A stretch of DNA of 32,583 nucleotides from an uncultured Candidatus Peribacteria bacterium (GTDB taxonomy: Bacteria > Patescibacteriota > Gracilibacteria > Peribacterales > Peribacteraceae): NCBI GenBank assembly GCA_964373225.1, contig CAYJTW010000001.1, positions 1 through 32,583 of the forward strand, given 5' to 3'. This document shows, piece by piece, positions 15,532 to 23,811 of this stretch. Below the pieces are notes generated by a model, which was not told the origin of the DNA, ran no database searches, and saw nothing but the letters and a program-made list of their open reading frames with translations. A program made the translations under genes and the position numbers. The stretch's first letter is position 1. Each line of letters opens with the position of its first letter.

Positions 15532-15589
15532 CCTTGTAATCCCGAGTAGCTCCGAAGGAGCGTATCGAGGGGTGAGATGGCTTGGCGGT
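15498..15589 (+). promoter_or_regulatory. 17-nt perfect direct repeat (TGAGATGGCTTGGCGGT, two copies) with a 10-bp hairpin on the first copy, plus a GCTCCGAAGGAGC mini-hairpin, upstream of thyA
   Basis: Repeat copies at 15498-15514 and 15573-15589. Hairpin ATGGCTTGGC (15502-15511) with GCCAAGCCAT (15520-15529) spans the regulator stop codon. GAA-loop hairpin at 15549-15561. Confidence 0.6.
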
Positions 15590-15625
15590 ATGCGGGACGG
15601 AAATAGCCCGCTATACTTCCTTCCC

Positions 15626-16453
15626 ATGCGCCAGTACATCGACCTCCTCCGTCATATTCTCGACCACGGCGTCAAAAAAGACGATCGGACGGGGGTCGGA
15701 ACTCTCAGTACGTTCGGCAACCAGATGCGGTTCAATCTGCAGGACGGCTTTCCGCTCCTCACGACCAAGAAGCTCCACACACGGTCGATCTTCCACGAAC
15801 TCCTGTGGTTCCTCAAAGGCGATACAAATATCAAGTATCTCCACGACAATCAGGTGACGATCTGGGACGAGTGGGCGGATAAAGACGGCAATCTTGGGCC
15901 GGTGTACGGAAAGCAATGGAGGAAATGGGAGGGGGCGGATGGGAAGGTCTACGATCAGATTGCGTGGGTGATCAACGAGATCAAGACGAATCCAAACTCC
16001 CGCCGCCTGATCGTCAACGCCTGGAACGTCGCGGATGTATCCAAAATGGCACTGCCGCCGTGTCATGTATTGTTTCAATTCTATGTTTCACCACCTGACG
16101 CGGGCAGAATGCCCGCTTCCTCATCCGGGAAATTGAGTTGCATGTTGTACCAGCGCAGCTGCGATGTCTTCCTCGGCGTTCCCTTCAATATCGCCTCGTA
16201 CGCGCTCCTCACGCATATGATCGCGCAGGTCTGCGATCTTCAAGTCGGCGAGTTTGTCCACACGCTCGGCGACACGCACCTGTACCTCAATCATTTGGAT
16301 CAGGCGAAGGAGCAGCTGAGCCGCGAACCGCGCTCACTTCCTCAGTTGAAACTCAATCCGACGGTCAAAAACATCGATGACTTCAAATTCGAGGATATTG
16401 AAATTGTCGGCTATGACCCCCATCCTGCGATTAAAGCTCCGATAGCGGTGTAA
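15626..16453 (+). CDS. thyA: Thymidylate synthase (ThyA type)
   Basis: [65 protein letters not shown]. Start taken at the ATG at 15626. Confidence 0.95.
   Translation: MRQYIDLLRHILDHGVKKDDRTGVGTLSTFGNQMRFNLQDGFPLLTTKKLHTRSIFHELLWFLKGDTNIKYLHDNQVTIWDEWADKDGNLGPVYGKQWRKWEGADGKVYDQIAWVINEIKTNPNSRRLIVNAWNVADVSKMALPPCHVLFQFYVSPPDAGRMPASSSGKLSCMLYQRSCDVFLGVPFNIASYALLTHMIAQVCDLQVGEFVHTLGDTHLYLNHLDQAKEQLSREPRSLPQLKLNPTVKNIDDFKFEDIEIVGYDPHPAIKAPIAV
16100..16116. repeat. REP hairpin GCGGGCA-GAA-TGCCCGC, in-frame inside thyA
   Basis: 15 of 17 positions match the RAYT-flanking REP GCGGGCC-GAA-GGCCCGC. The two differences are a compensatory C:G to A:T change in the stem. Confidence 0.8.
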
Positions 16454-16456
16454 CAT

Positions 16457-16678
16457 ATGTTTATGAATGAGAGTAGAGCTAAATCACTAGCGATCTCGAT
16501 CTTGCGAGGTTTGGATCAAATGGAAGACGAGTCGCTCTATTCTTGTACCTTGCCTTTATACATGCGTGATGAAGGAGTGCGACAGACGATTGAGCGATAT
16601 CGCAAATCGGAGTTTCGCATTCTGACCCATGGGGGAGCTCTGCATGTTTTGGCTCCACTTTCTCTTCCATTTGAATGA
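16457..16678 (+). CDS. Small hypothetical protein (73 aa) between thyA and folA
   Basis: ATG lies 3 nt after the thyA stop. AT-richer than its neighbours; no recognisable motif. Confidence 0.4.
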   Translation: MFMNESRAKSLAISILRGLDQMEDESLYSCTLPLYMRDEGVRQTIERYRKSEFRILTHGGALHVLAPLSLPFE

Positions 16679-16705
16679 TCATTTCGATCATCGCCGCCGC
16701 ATCCG

Positions 16706-16728
16706 CCCTTCGACAAGCTCAGGGTGAC
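16706..16728. repeat. Copy 2 of the dispersed element CCCTTCGACAAGCTCAGGGTGAC (intergenic, upstream of folA)
   Basis: Matches 1416-1438. This is the sequence class that reads PFDKLR / SPELVEG / LSLSKG in spurious ORFs (the antisense ORF here reads HPELVEGR). Confidence 0.8.
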
Positions 16729-16751
16729 ACGGCAGTGCTTCCTTCTCTCTT

Positions 16752-17234
16752 ATGATCAGTATTATCGCTGCCGTGTCGGACAACAACGTCATTGGAAACA
16801 AGGGACAGCTCCCGTGGCACCTCCATGCCGACATGCAGCGCATGAAAGAGCTCACCATGGGCCATCCGCTGATCATGGGACGCAAAACGCATGAATCGAT
16901 CGGGCGGGCGCTGCCCGGACGTCGCAATATCGTCATCACGCATCAGAACATGAGTTATCCGGGCTGCGAAGTCGCCACCTCACTCGATGAAGCTCTGGAG
17001 TCCGTCGCAAAAGAGGAGGAAGCATTCATCTTCGGCGGCGGAGAAATCTACAAGCAGGCGATGGAGAAGGCGGACAGGATGTACCTCACGCGTGTGCATG
17101 CAACAGTCGATGGCGACGTGTACTTTCCCGAAATCGATCCGGAGCAGTGGAAAGAGGTCGCGCGGGAGGATCATCCCGCGGATGCGGAGAATCAGTATCC
17201 GTATTCGTTCATGACGTATGCGCGTGTTCGATAG
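16752..17234 (+). CDS. folA: Dihydrofolate reductase
   Basis: ISIIAAVSDNNVIGNKGQLPWHL, MGRKTHESIGRALPGRRNIVIT, FIFGGGEIY. Confidence 0.93.
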   Translation: MISIIAAVSDNNVIGNKGQLPWHLHADMQRMKELTMGHPLIMGRKTHESIGRALPGRRNIVITHQNMSYPGCEVATSLDEALESVAKEEEAFIFGGGEIYKQAMEKADRMYLTRVHATVDGDVYFPEIDPEQWKEVAREDHPADAENQYPYSFMTYARVR

Positions 17235-17337
17235 ACATCATCAACATCGAGTTTTTGGCGTCTATAAGAGGAAAATCGAAGCATAGGAATTTTCCCGCTC
17301 ATCTCTTCGCGCATGCAGTCGCAGGGGGTGTAACACT

Positions 17338-18072
17338 GTGGCCATGGCACCCGAGGCACTCGCCGCCGGCATCTACCACGACACCGTTCATGAGCTTGAT
17401 GGAAAGCGAACGACGGATGTTGAGACGGCACTACGGAAGAAAGCAGATGCTCTGGAGGACATGCGTCCCGACCCGGAGACGCAGGCAAAAGCCAAAGAGA
17501 CCGTCGGGGAATTATCTGCCGATGCGAAGGGAGATCTTGCAAAGATTCTCGATGAGAAGGGCGGAGAAGTATCGGATCAGGATGTTGTACAAACGCAGGA
17601 AGATTTGCGGGAAGCGGCTGACATCGTGGGTGACTATGACGAGAAAGTGGTGGAGAAAGATGGAGATACAGTCGCCGATGCGCAGGTCTCCGTGCGCGGG
17701 AGTGCAGAATTCGATTTGCAGAAGACTGCGGGGGCAAATGGCCTGCCCGACGCAGAACAGATGCGCGCTGTTGTCATTCATGAAAAGGGAGAAGACCCGA
17801 CGGAAGGACACGAGAACCAGGTTCAGCCGGATGCGAATGCGGTCAAAAAGGGTGATCAGGTCATCACACAGACGGCATTCGTGGAAGTGGCGCCGATCAT
17901 CGCTCAGGTCGATAAGGTTCCCAAGAGCCTGCATACCCTTTCCAATCAGTATCGCACGGAATACTACGCGGACATGCTTCAGCTGATGCCGGATCGCAAG
18001 CGCCTGAAAGAACTCTCGATGAGCGGTCAATTCCAGCAGTTTGCCAGGGAAGTGGGAGGCGTCGCAACGTGA
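17338..18072 (+). CDS. Hypothetical acidic protein (about 242 aa)
   Basis: Asp/Glu-rich ORF between folA and folE; first ATG at 17344. The competing frame (17147-17986) is Arg-rich and overlaps folA, so I judge it spurious. Confidence 0.5.
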   Translation: MAMAPEALAAGIYHDTVHELDGKRTTDVETALRKKADALEDMRPDPETQAKAKETVGELSADAKGDLAKILDEKGGEVSDQDVVQTQEDLREAADIVGDYDEKVVEKDGDTVADAQVSVRGSAEFDLQKTAGANGLPDAEQMRAVVIHEKGEDPTEGHENQVQPDANAVKKGDQVITQTAFVEVAPIIAQVDKVPKSLHTLSNQYRTEYYADMLQLMPDRKRLKELSMSGQFQQFAREVGGVAT

Positions 18073-18078
18073 CCAGAC

Positions 18079-18621
18079 TCACGATCGAATGAGTGTCATG
18101 AACTCCTCCCGCGTCTTCGGATCTTCTTTAAACAGCCCTTGGACCGTGCTCGTCACGGCCGTCGAATGCTGCTTCTGCACGCCGCGCATCATCATGCAGA
18201 GGTGGCTGCATTCGATGACGACGCCGATGCCTTTCGGTTTGAGGATTTTCTCCAATGCATCGCAGATCTGCTGGCCCATCCGTTCCTGCACCTGGAGCCG
18301 GCGCGCGTACATATCGACGATGCGGGGGATTTTGCTGAGGCCGATCACGTGCTTGCGTGGGATGTAGCCCACATGCACTTTGCCGAAGAAGGGGAGCAGG
18401 TGGTGTTCGCAGAGGGAATAGACTTCAATATCCTTCACGATGACCATGCCCTCAGTATCCACGGGCATCAGCGCATTGTTGACGATCTTTTCCAGATTCT
18501 GGTCGTAGCCGGATGTCAAAAACTCATATGCCTCGCGCACGCGGCGCGGTGTTCCCTTCAGACCCGGGCGCTTGGGGTCTTCGCCGAGGGCTTCGATAAA
18601 CTTCTGGATGAGGGCGTCCAT
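18079..18621 (-). CDS. folE: GTP cyclohydrolase I
   Basis: [54 protein letters not shown]. Confidence 0.95.
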   Translation of the reverse strand: MDALIQKFIEALGEDPKRPGLKGTPRRVREAYEFLTSGYDQNLEKIVNNALMPVDTEGMVIVKDIEVYSLCEHHLLPFFGKVHVGYIPRKHVIGLSKIPRIVDMYARRLQVQERMGQQICDALEKILKPKGIGVVIECSHLCMMMRGVQKQHSTAVTSTVQGLFKEDPKTREEFMTLIRS

Positions 18622-18664
18622 GGGACGAGCAGTATGCCTTGTTTCCCGCTCTGCGCGAATACCA

Positions 18665-19258
18665 TTAGAGACGAACGATCAGTTTGTTCGCCTTTTGATC
18701 GAGCGTTTTGTCCAATAATTCTTTCCAGGTCTTCCCGATGACCGGATGGATACCGGTCGGATCAAGGAGTTCGATCAGTGGTTCCAGGACGAACCGGCGT
18801 TCATGCATGCGCGGATGCGGGACAACGAGTGGGTAGTGAGTAGTGGGTAGTGAGTAGCCACCAACGGAGTCTCCATAGAGCAAGAGGTCCAAATCGATCG
18901 TCCGCGGGCCGAAGCGGAACGGAGGATTCTTCTTCAAATGCCGTTCAATGTGGGTCAAAAATTCATAGATCTCATCGGGAGTCAGATCGGCATCGAGCCT
19001 GGCGACGGCATTGAGGAAGTCATCCTGTTCCTCGTGATGGAGCGGCGCGCTGCGGTAGACGGAGGAGAAGCGGATGGCAGGGTGGCGCTTGCGGAGCATC
19101 GTCGCAGCGGCCTTCAGATTATCCTCCGGGTCGATGTTACTGCCGAGGGCGATGAAAATTAAGGGCACAAAGGAGGCAAAAGAGACAAAAGAGGCAAAGG
19201 GGATGTCATTGTGATCGCCTGACGGTGAGTGCGACGCAGCCGGATTCCGGAATCGCAT
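18665..19258 (-). CDS. folK: 2-amino-4-hydroxy-6-hydroxymethyldihydropteridine pyrophosphokinase (HPPK)
   Basis: [39 protein letters not shown]. The ATG at 19258 overlaps folB by 53 nt. An alternative GTG at 19168 sits immediately before the conserved IALGSN. Confidence 0.85.
   Translation of the reverse strand: MRFRNPAASHSPSGDHNDIPFASFVSFASFVPLIFIALGSNIDPEDNLKAAATMLRKRHPAIRFSSVYRSAPLHHEEQDDFLNAVARLDADLTPDEIYEFLTHIERHLKKNPPFRFGPRTIDLDLLLYGDSVGGYSLPTTHYPLVVPHPRMHERRFVLEPLIELLDPTGIHPVIGKTWKELLDKTLDQKANKLIVRL
18827..18857. repeat. Heptamer tandem array (GAGT GGGTAGT GAGTAGT GGGTAGT GAGTAG), in-frame inside folK
   Basis: Read directly. Encodes [10 protein letters not shown] just before the conserved VPHPRM motif. 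Confidence 0.85.
19164..19205. repeat. Roughly 9-nt tandem array (GGCACAAAGGA GGCAAAAGA GACAAAAGA GGCAAAGGGGA) at the folB/folK junction
   Basis: Read directly. Lies between the folB stop (19206) and the alternative folK GTG (19168). It translates as [11 protein letters not shown] if the long folK start is used. Confidence 0.8.
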
Positions 19259-19556
19259 ATTTCTTCACCGTGACGGTCACTCCAGACGCTCCGTGCTTCT
19301 TGAGTATTATCTGCGCAGCGTCCTCGGCAAATCGTTCTATGGTCTTACGTTCAGTCAACGCAAGTTTCTTCAGATCTTCCGTCACATCGAAGTAGTTGAT
19401 CGATTTCTTGACGTCATCGGTCTTCGCGGCGGCTTTGATATCAAGAGTCATCTCCACGGTGACGAGCAAGCGTTGCTCAGTTTTGCGTTCCTCGGCGGAG
19501 ACGCCGATACGGGTCCAGAGCTCGAGGTCGGTGATGGTGAGCAGATCATGAGACAT
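19206..19556 (-). CDS. folB: Dihydroneopterin aldolase
   Basis: ITDLELWTRIGVSAEERKTEQRLLVTVEM...INYFDV, about 116 aa, directly upstream of folK. Confidence 0.85.
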   Translation of the reverse strand: MSHDLLTITDLELWTRIGVSAEERKTEQRLLVTVEMTLDIKAAAKTDDVKKSINYFDVTEDLKKLALTERKTIERFAEDAAQIILKKHGASGVTVTVKKYAIPESGCVALTVRRSQ

Positions 19557-21982
19557 TATTCATGATGCAGTGTCTTCACTCCAAACAATTCGGGCCTCTC
19601 CGCGAGTGGCGTTTCCGCCAGTCTTCTCAGGAGCCATCGGGTGACGGTGACCGCCGTGAAGAGCGAGAGGAGCACGCCCATGCCGAGGGTGACCGCGAAG
19701 CCGCGGACGATGGAGGATCCGGCCATGAAGAGAATCGTGCAGGTGATGAGGGTCGCGATATTGCCGTCCCGGATGGCCGGCCACGCGTGTTTGAAGCTGC
19801 TTTCGATGGCGGTCTTCACAAGTTTGCCTTTGCGGATTTCTTCCTTCATCCGTTCGAACACGAGCACGTTGGCATCCACGGCCATACCGATGCTCAGGAT
19901 GATACCGGCCATGCCCGCGAGCGTGAGAACGATGTAGTTGCCGGTGAAGAGGAGCAGCGGGAGTTTGAGAATTGCAAAGAGGAGGAGGGCGTAGAAGCCG
20001 AGCGCGAGATCGGCCATCACGCCGAGGATCCGGTACACGACGATCATGTAGAGCATCAGGATGATTGTGCCGAGCAGCGCTGCGAGGAGCGACGTGTGGA
20101 GGGCCGCGGCGCCGAGCGTGGCTTCCACCGTGTACTGCCCCACCAGATAGATGGGCGCCGGGATGGCGCCGGTGTTGAGGTCCTGGGCGAGTTTGCGCGC
20201 TTCGTTAAAATCTCCGCTGCCGGTGATGACGGCGATGCCTCCGGCGATCTCCTGCTGCACGCGCGGGGCCGAGATCATCTCGCCACCGACGAAGATCGCG
20301 ATCTGCTTGCCGACGTTGCGCTTGGTGAGTTCCTGGAAGAGCTTGCCGCCCTCGGCATCGAAGATGATCTGCACCACCGGAATATTCGTGACTGAATCGG
20401 CCGTCACGTTCGCGGCCCGGAAATGTTTACCGTCCAGCGCGGTGTCCTTCCATCCCGTCGGTTCGAGCGAGAAGAAGAGAAGGCGCAGGGTGATGGCGGA
20501 CTCGCGCGATGTCACCTGTCCCGTCTGGAGACGCAGAGCGATGTCGGTGGCGCGCTTCCCGGCGTCCACGCCGGAAATGATCAGCTCGTCGTAGGTCGCG
20601 GTATCGGGCGTCGCGGTCACGGCTTTGTCGAGACGGATGATGTGGTAGCCGAACTGTGTTTCGACGATGCCGGTGATCTCGCCGGGCTTCTTGAGAGCAA
20701 AGACAGCTTCTTCAAACGCGGGAGCCATCACGCCGCGGCCGAAAGAGCCGAGGCTGCCACCATCACTCTTCGACGGGCCGTCGGACTGCGTCCTGGCCAG
20801 CTGCGTGAAGCTGGCGCCGCGGTCGAGACTGGCCTTGAGCGTGGCGGCTTTCTGCAACGCCTGTTCCTTTGTTCTGGTGACTGGGGTCTCTGCACCCGTC
20901 GCCCCCGCGTAACTGACCAGAATATGACTCGCGGCAATTTGCTCCCCGCCGCGGACGAAGGCATTCAAAAAGACGATGCGCGAGGTCGCATCGGTCTGGA
21001 CCTGCCTGAGCGTCCCCGGCTGGGCGCTCCGCAGTGCCGCGGCGACGCGTGCGTCAACGTTGGCATCGACCGGCGCCTTCTCGTGATGCACAGTCGTGGT
21101 TGTTGCTTCGGTCTTCGCGAGGAGCGCGAATGCCCTGGTCGCTTCGCTCACGATACGACCGGTCTCGGTGGGTCCGCGCAGGACTTCGGCCAGAAAGACT
21201 CCGGGAACCTGCTGCCCGGTCTCACTGCCGTCGGCATTTTGTTTCGGCTGCGCGATGCCCCCCTCGCGGAGGACCACGTTGCCCGGTTGCATCGTCCAGA
21301 GATCCTCAAGACCTTTGGGAACCTGGTCACGGAACAGCGTCTTCTGCGGCTGGAACGCCACGCCGAGCTCGCTGCCCATATCCTGGCCTTCCTTCACCAG
21401 CGTCGAACCACTCTGGGCGATCCGCCGGAGCGTCGCCTGCGCCTTTTGCCGGACCCCCCTGGTGAATTCGGCGGTCACTTCGGTGAACGGCTCTTTAAAT
21501 TCCAGCTGGATGGTTTTGCCGACGACTGCAATGCACTCCTGTACGTCGACAACGCCGGGGCATTCCACGAGCAGGTGGCGCTCATTACCGACGTATGACG
21601 GCGTGATGGTCGCTTCGCTGACGCCCAGCGAATTGATGCGGCGTTCGAGAACGGTGCGGATGGCCTCGACGAGATTTGCCTGCTGTTCGGTGATGCTCTG
21701 CTTCTGCGCGCGTGCGAGGTTCACATCCTGCGCGGACGCGCCGCTCTTTTCCAGGCGCGCGATTTCGGCGTTGATATCGTCGAGCTGGGTAGAGATCTCT
21801 TCCTCCGAAATACGAAAGTCGAGCTGCGTTCCTCCGGCCAGGTCCAGTCCCAAGTGGAGCGCGGGGTTCCGGAGGAATCCCGGCGCCCAGGATTTCCACT
21901 GTTGCGGCGCCACGATGAAGACTGCGAACATGCCGATGGCGGCAACGACGAGGGGCCAGGTGAGGGAACGCTTTTGGGTCAT
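19556..21982 (-). CDS. secD: Protein translocase subunit SecD with an embedded parvulin (PpiC-type) PPIase domain
   Basis: N-terminal TM plus LGLDLAGGTQLDF, RRINSLGVSEATI, P1 head GKQIAIFVGGEMISAPRVQQEIAGGIAVITG, and a C-terminal 5-TM bundle (MAVDANVLVFERMKEE). Residues about 347-455 read ASHILV...GGSLGSFGRGVMAPAFEEAVF...FGYHIIRL. Confidence 0.9.
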   Translation of the reverse strand: MTQKRSLTWPLVVAAIGMFAVFIVAPQQWKSWAPGFLRNPALHLGLDLAGGTQLDFRISEEEISTQLDDINAEIARLEKSGASAQDVNLARAQKQSITEQQANLVEAIRTVLERRINSLGVSEATITPSYVGNERHLLVECPGVVDVQECIAVVGKTIQLEFKEPFTEVTAEFTRGVRQKAQATLRRIAQSGSTLVKEGQDMGSELGVAFQPQKTLFRDQVPKGLEDLWTMQPGNVVLREGGIAQPKQNADGSETGQQVPGVFLAEVLRGPTETGRIVSEATRAFALLAKTEATTTTVHHEKAPVDANVDARVAAALRSAQPGTLRQVQTDATSRIVFLNAFVRGGEQIAASHILVSYAGATGAETPVTRTKEQALQKAATLKASLDRGASFTQLARTQSDGPSKSDGGSLGSFGRGVMAPAFEEAVFALKKPGEITGIVETQFGYHIIRLDKAVTATPDTATYDELIISGVDAGKRATDIALRLQTGQVTSRESAITLRLLFFSLEPTGWKDTALDGKHFRAANVTADSVTNIPVVQIIFDAEGGKLFQELTKRNVGKQIAIFVGGEMISAPRVQQEIAGGIAVITGSGDFNEARKLAQDLNTGAIPAPIYLVGQYTVEATLGAAALHTSLLAALLGTIILMLYMIVVYRILGVMADLALGFYALLLFAILKLPLLLFTGNYIVLTLAGMAGIILSIGMAVDANVLVFERMKEEIRKGKLVKTAIESSFKHAWPAIRDGNIATLITCTILFMAGSSIVRGFAVTLGMGVLLSLFTAVTVTRWLLRRLAETPLAERPELFGVKTLHHE

Positions 21983-22644
21983 GGCGCCGCCGTAAATTTC
22001 ACATGCAATCCCACATTGACGTCATCCGCAAATGCCGCTGCGAGGGTCGCACTCGGGATGCCTTCAATCGAAATGGAGGTCTGCCTGTCGGTCGCATCAA
22101 TGGTTTTTTTGCTCATTAATTGACCACGGACGAAGATGCCGATCACGCTGCCGCGATTTTTGGCAAATATGTCCTTGAGGAGCGTCTCGCCCTCTTTGGT
22201 GAACTGGATGACGACGGCGCCCTGCTCCGTCCCCGTCGCCTTCGTCGTGCCGGCCGTGACCCAGTCGATGTGCTTTGTGACGATGCCCGTCTCCTTAAAT
22301 TCGCCGTACTTCTGGCTGACAATGTCGCCCCGTCCGGCGTCCACCTGCTTCATGACCGACATGGTAAAAGGGACCGTGAGGGAGTCCTGCAGAACCTTCG
22401 CGATTTCATCATCTTGTACCGTCACCTCCAGCATCGTCGTATCGCCGTCTTTGCGGATATTCCGGGAAATGAGCTTCTTCTGCTTCGCCAGCACCCGCCC
22501 TTCAACAGTCCGTTGAACGGCTTCGGTGAGCTTCGTCACCCGCTCGGCATCGTTTGTATCGAATGTCAGCGAAAAGCGAACGGTGTTCCCTCCGCAGGCG
22601 GTGAGGAGGAGGGTGAGGGTAAGAATTCCGAGGAGACGTTTCAT
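21979..22644 (-). CDS. Lipoprotein with a SecD-P1-head-like C-terminal domain
   Basis: Lipobox LLLTAC after MKRLLGILTLT. The C-terminus VVIQFTKEGETLLKDIFAKNRGSVIGIFVRGQLMS...ISIEG aligns by eye with SecD VVQIIFDAEGGKLFQELTKRNVGKQIAIFVGGEMIS...AVITG. Its stop overlaps the secD ATG (ATGA). Confidence 0.7.
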   Translation of the reverse strand: MKRLLGILTLTLLLTACGGNTVRFSLTFDTNDAERVTKLTEAVQRTVEGRVLAKQKKLISRNIRKDGDTTMLEVTVQDDEIAKVLQDSLTVPFTMSVMKQVDAGRGDIVSQKYGEFKETGIVTKHIDWVTAGTTKATGTEQGAVVIQFTKEGETLLKDIFAKNRGSVIGIFVRGQLMSKKTIDATDRQTSISIEGIPSATLAAAFADDVNVGLHVKFTAAP

Positions 22645-22721
22645 AGCTGGGGGAGTATAGAGGAAGGATTCCGGGGATTCCAAAGAGTCCAAGGACCGGT
22701 TTTTGTCAGGAGAACGCGCAT

Positions 22722-23705
22722 TCACCTCACAGTCAACCGCGTCCCCGCTCTGAGCATTTGCTTCTGCAGATCAATTCTCTGAAGGACGCAGCCCTCGTCA
22801 ATCACGCAGTCTCTGAGAGTGCAGTCGCGGATCGTCACATTGTCGAAGATCATGCAGTCGGTCAGTGCACTTCCTTCAATCACGCAATTGCGCCCGACCG
22901 TGACGCTCCCGCTGAGTTCCGTTCCTTCCACCGTCGCTGTGGGATCAATCAACGCCTTTTCTCCAATGAGTTCCTTGTGCGCATGCAGGTAACTCCCGAA
23001 TGAGCCGATGTCCATCCACGGCCCGGTGAAGGTGAAGCAGTCGACGGGGATCTCCCTCCGCAGCAATTCTTCAAAAATGCCGCCGAGGTTGTCAGGTTTC
23101 ACCGCGGCGAATTCAACGAGGATGGAGAGAGTGGACTTGGGAAGGATGACGCAACCAGTGCTGACGAGCGTGGAGTTTGGGGATTTCGGCTTCTCTTCAA
23201 ATCTTTTCACCCGTGTTCCTTCTACTATAACGACGCCAAATGCCTTCGCCCTCTCCAGATCCCCCACGTCATGTGCAGCCAGCAGGGGATTGCCTGTCCG
23301 AACGGCTCGGCCGGGCGGGCCGTTGAAGGCCGTCAGAAATTTCTCCAGGGAAAATCCCAGAAAGTTGTCCCCCGTCAAAATCAACAGATCATCATCAACT
23401 CTCTCCGCCTTCACCCACTCAGCAATCGAACCGAGCGCACCGAGTTTGTGATCATCGCGTTGCGTTCCTTCAACAACCAATTCCATGCCGGGTCGTTCCA
23501 TTTCATCCATCCATCTCTTGAATCCATCGGCGAACGCTGCGTTCGTGCTCACCGTCACCGGCATCCCCGCGGGAATCTTCTCCACGAGATGCGTGATGAT
23601 CGGTTTGCCGATGAGCGGGAGCAGGGGTTTGGCCCGCTTTTCGGTGAGAGGCCAGAGTCTTGTGGCGAAGCCACCGGCGAGGATGAAGGCTTTCATTTGT
23701 CCCAT
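22722..23705 (-). CDS. Sugar-phosphate nucleotidyltransferase (NDP-sugar pyrophosphorylase) with C-terminal left-handed beta-helix
   Basis: MKAFILAGGFATRLWPLTEKRAKPLLPL signature, plus hexapeptide-repeat-like C-terminal third. Confidence 0.85.
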   Translation of the reverse strand: MGQMKAFILAGGFATRLWPLTEKRAKPLLPLIGKPIITHLVEKIPAGMPVTVSTNAAFADGFKRWMDEMERPGMELVVEGTQRDDHKLGALGSIAEWVKAERVDDDLLILTGDNFLGFSLEKFLTAFNGPPGRAVRTGNPLLAAHDVGDLERAKAFGVVIVEGTRVKRFEEKPKSPNSTLVSTGCVILPKSTLSILVEFAAVKPDNLGGIFEELLRREIPVDCFTFTGPWMDIGSFGSYLHAHKELIGEKALIDPTATVEGTELSGSVTVGRNCVIEGSALTDCMIFDNVTIRDCTLRDCVIDEGCVLQRIDLQKQMLRAGTRLTVR

Positions 23706-23811
23706 TGTACTGTCTTTTTTCTTTTAGGTTGGATTTTGGACCTTTCGATTTTGTCTACTTTTTAGCATGTCAAAAAGGAAATGAACAAAACTCAAACAAA
23801 ATTCAAAGCGT

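Noticed and set aside
17147-17986. 279-aa Arg/Lys-rich ORF overlapping the folA 3' end and the acidic ORF
   Set aside because: It overlaps the end of folA and is the alternative frame of a more plausible acidic protein. No motifs were seen.
19562-21995. Several 270-390-aa plus-strand ORFs (19562-20395, 20423-21598, 21096-21995)
   Set aside because: All are antisense to secD, which has unambiguous motifs along its whole length.
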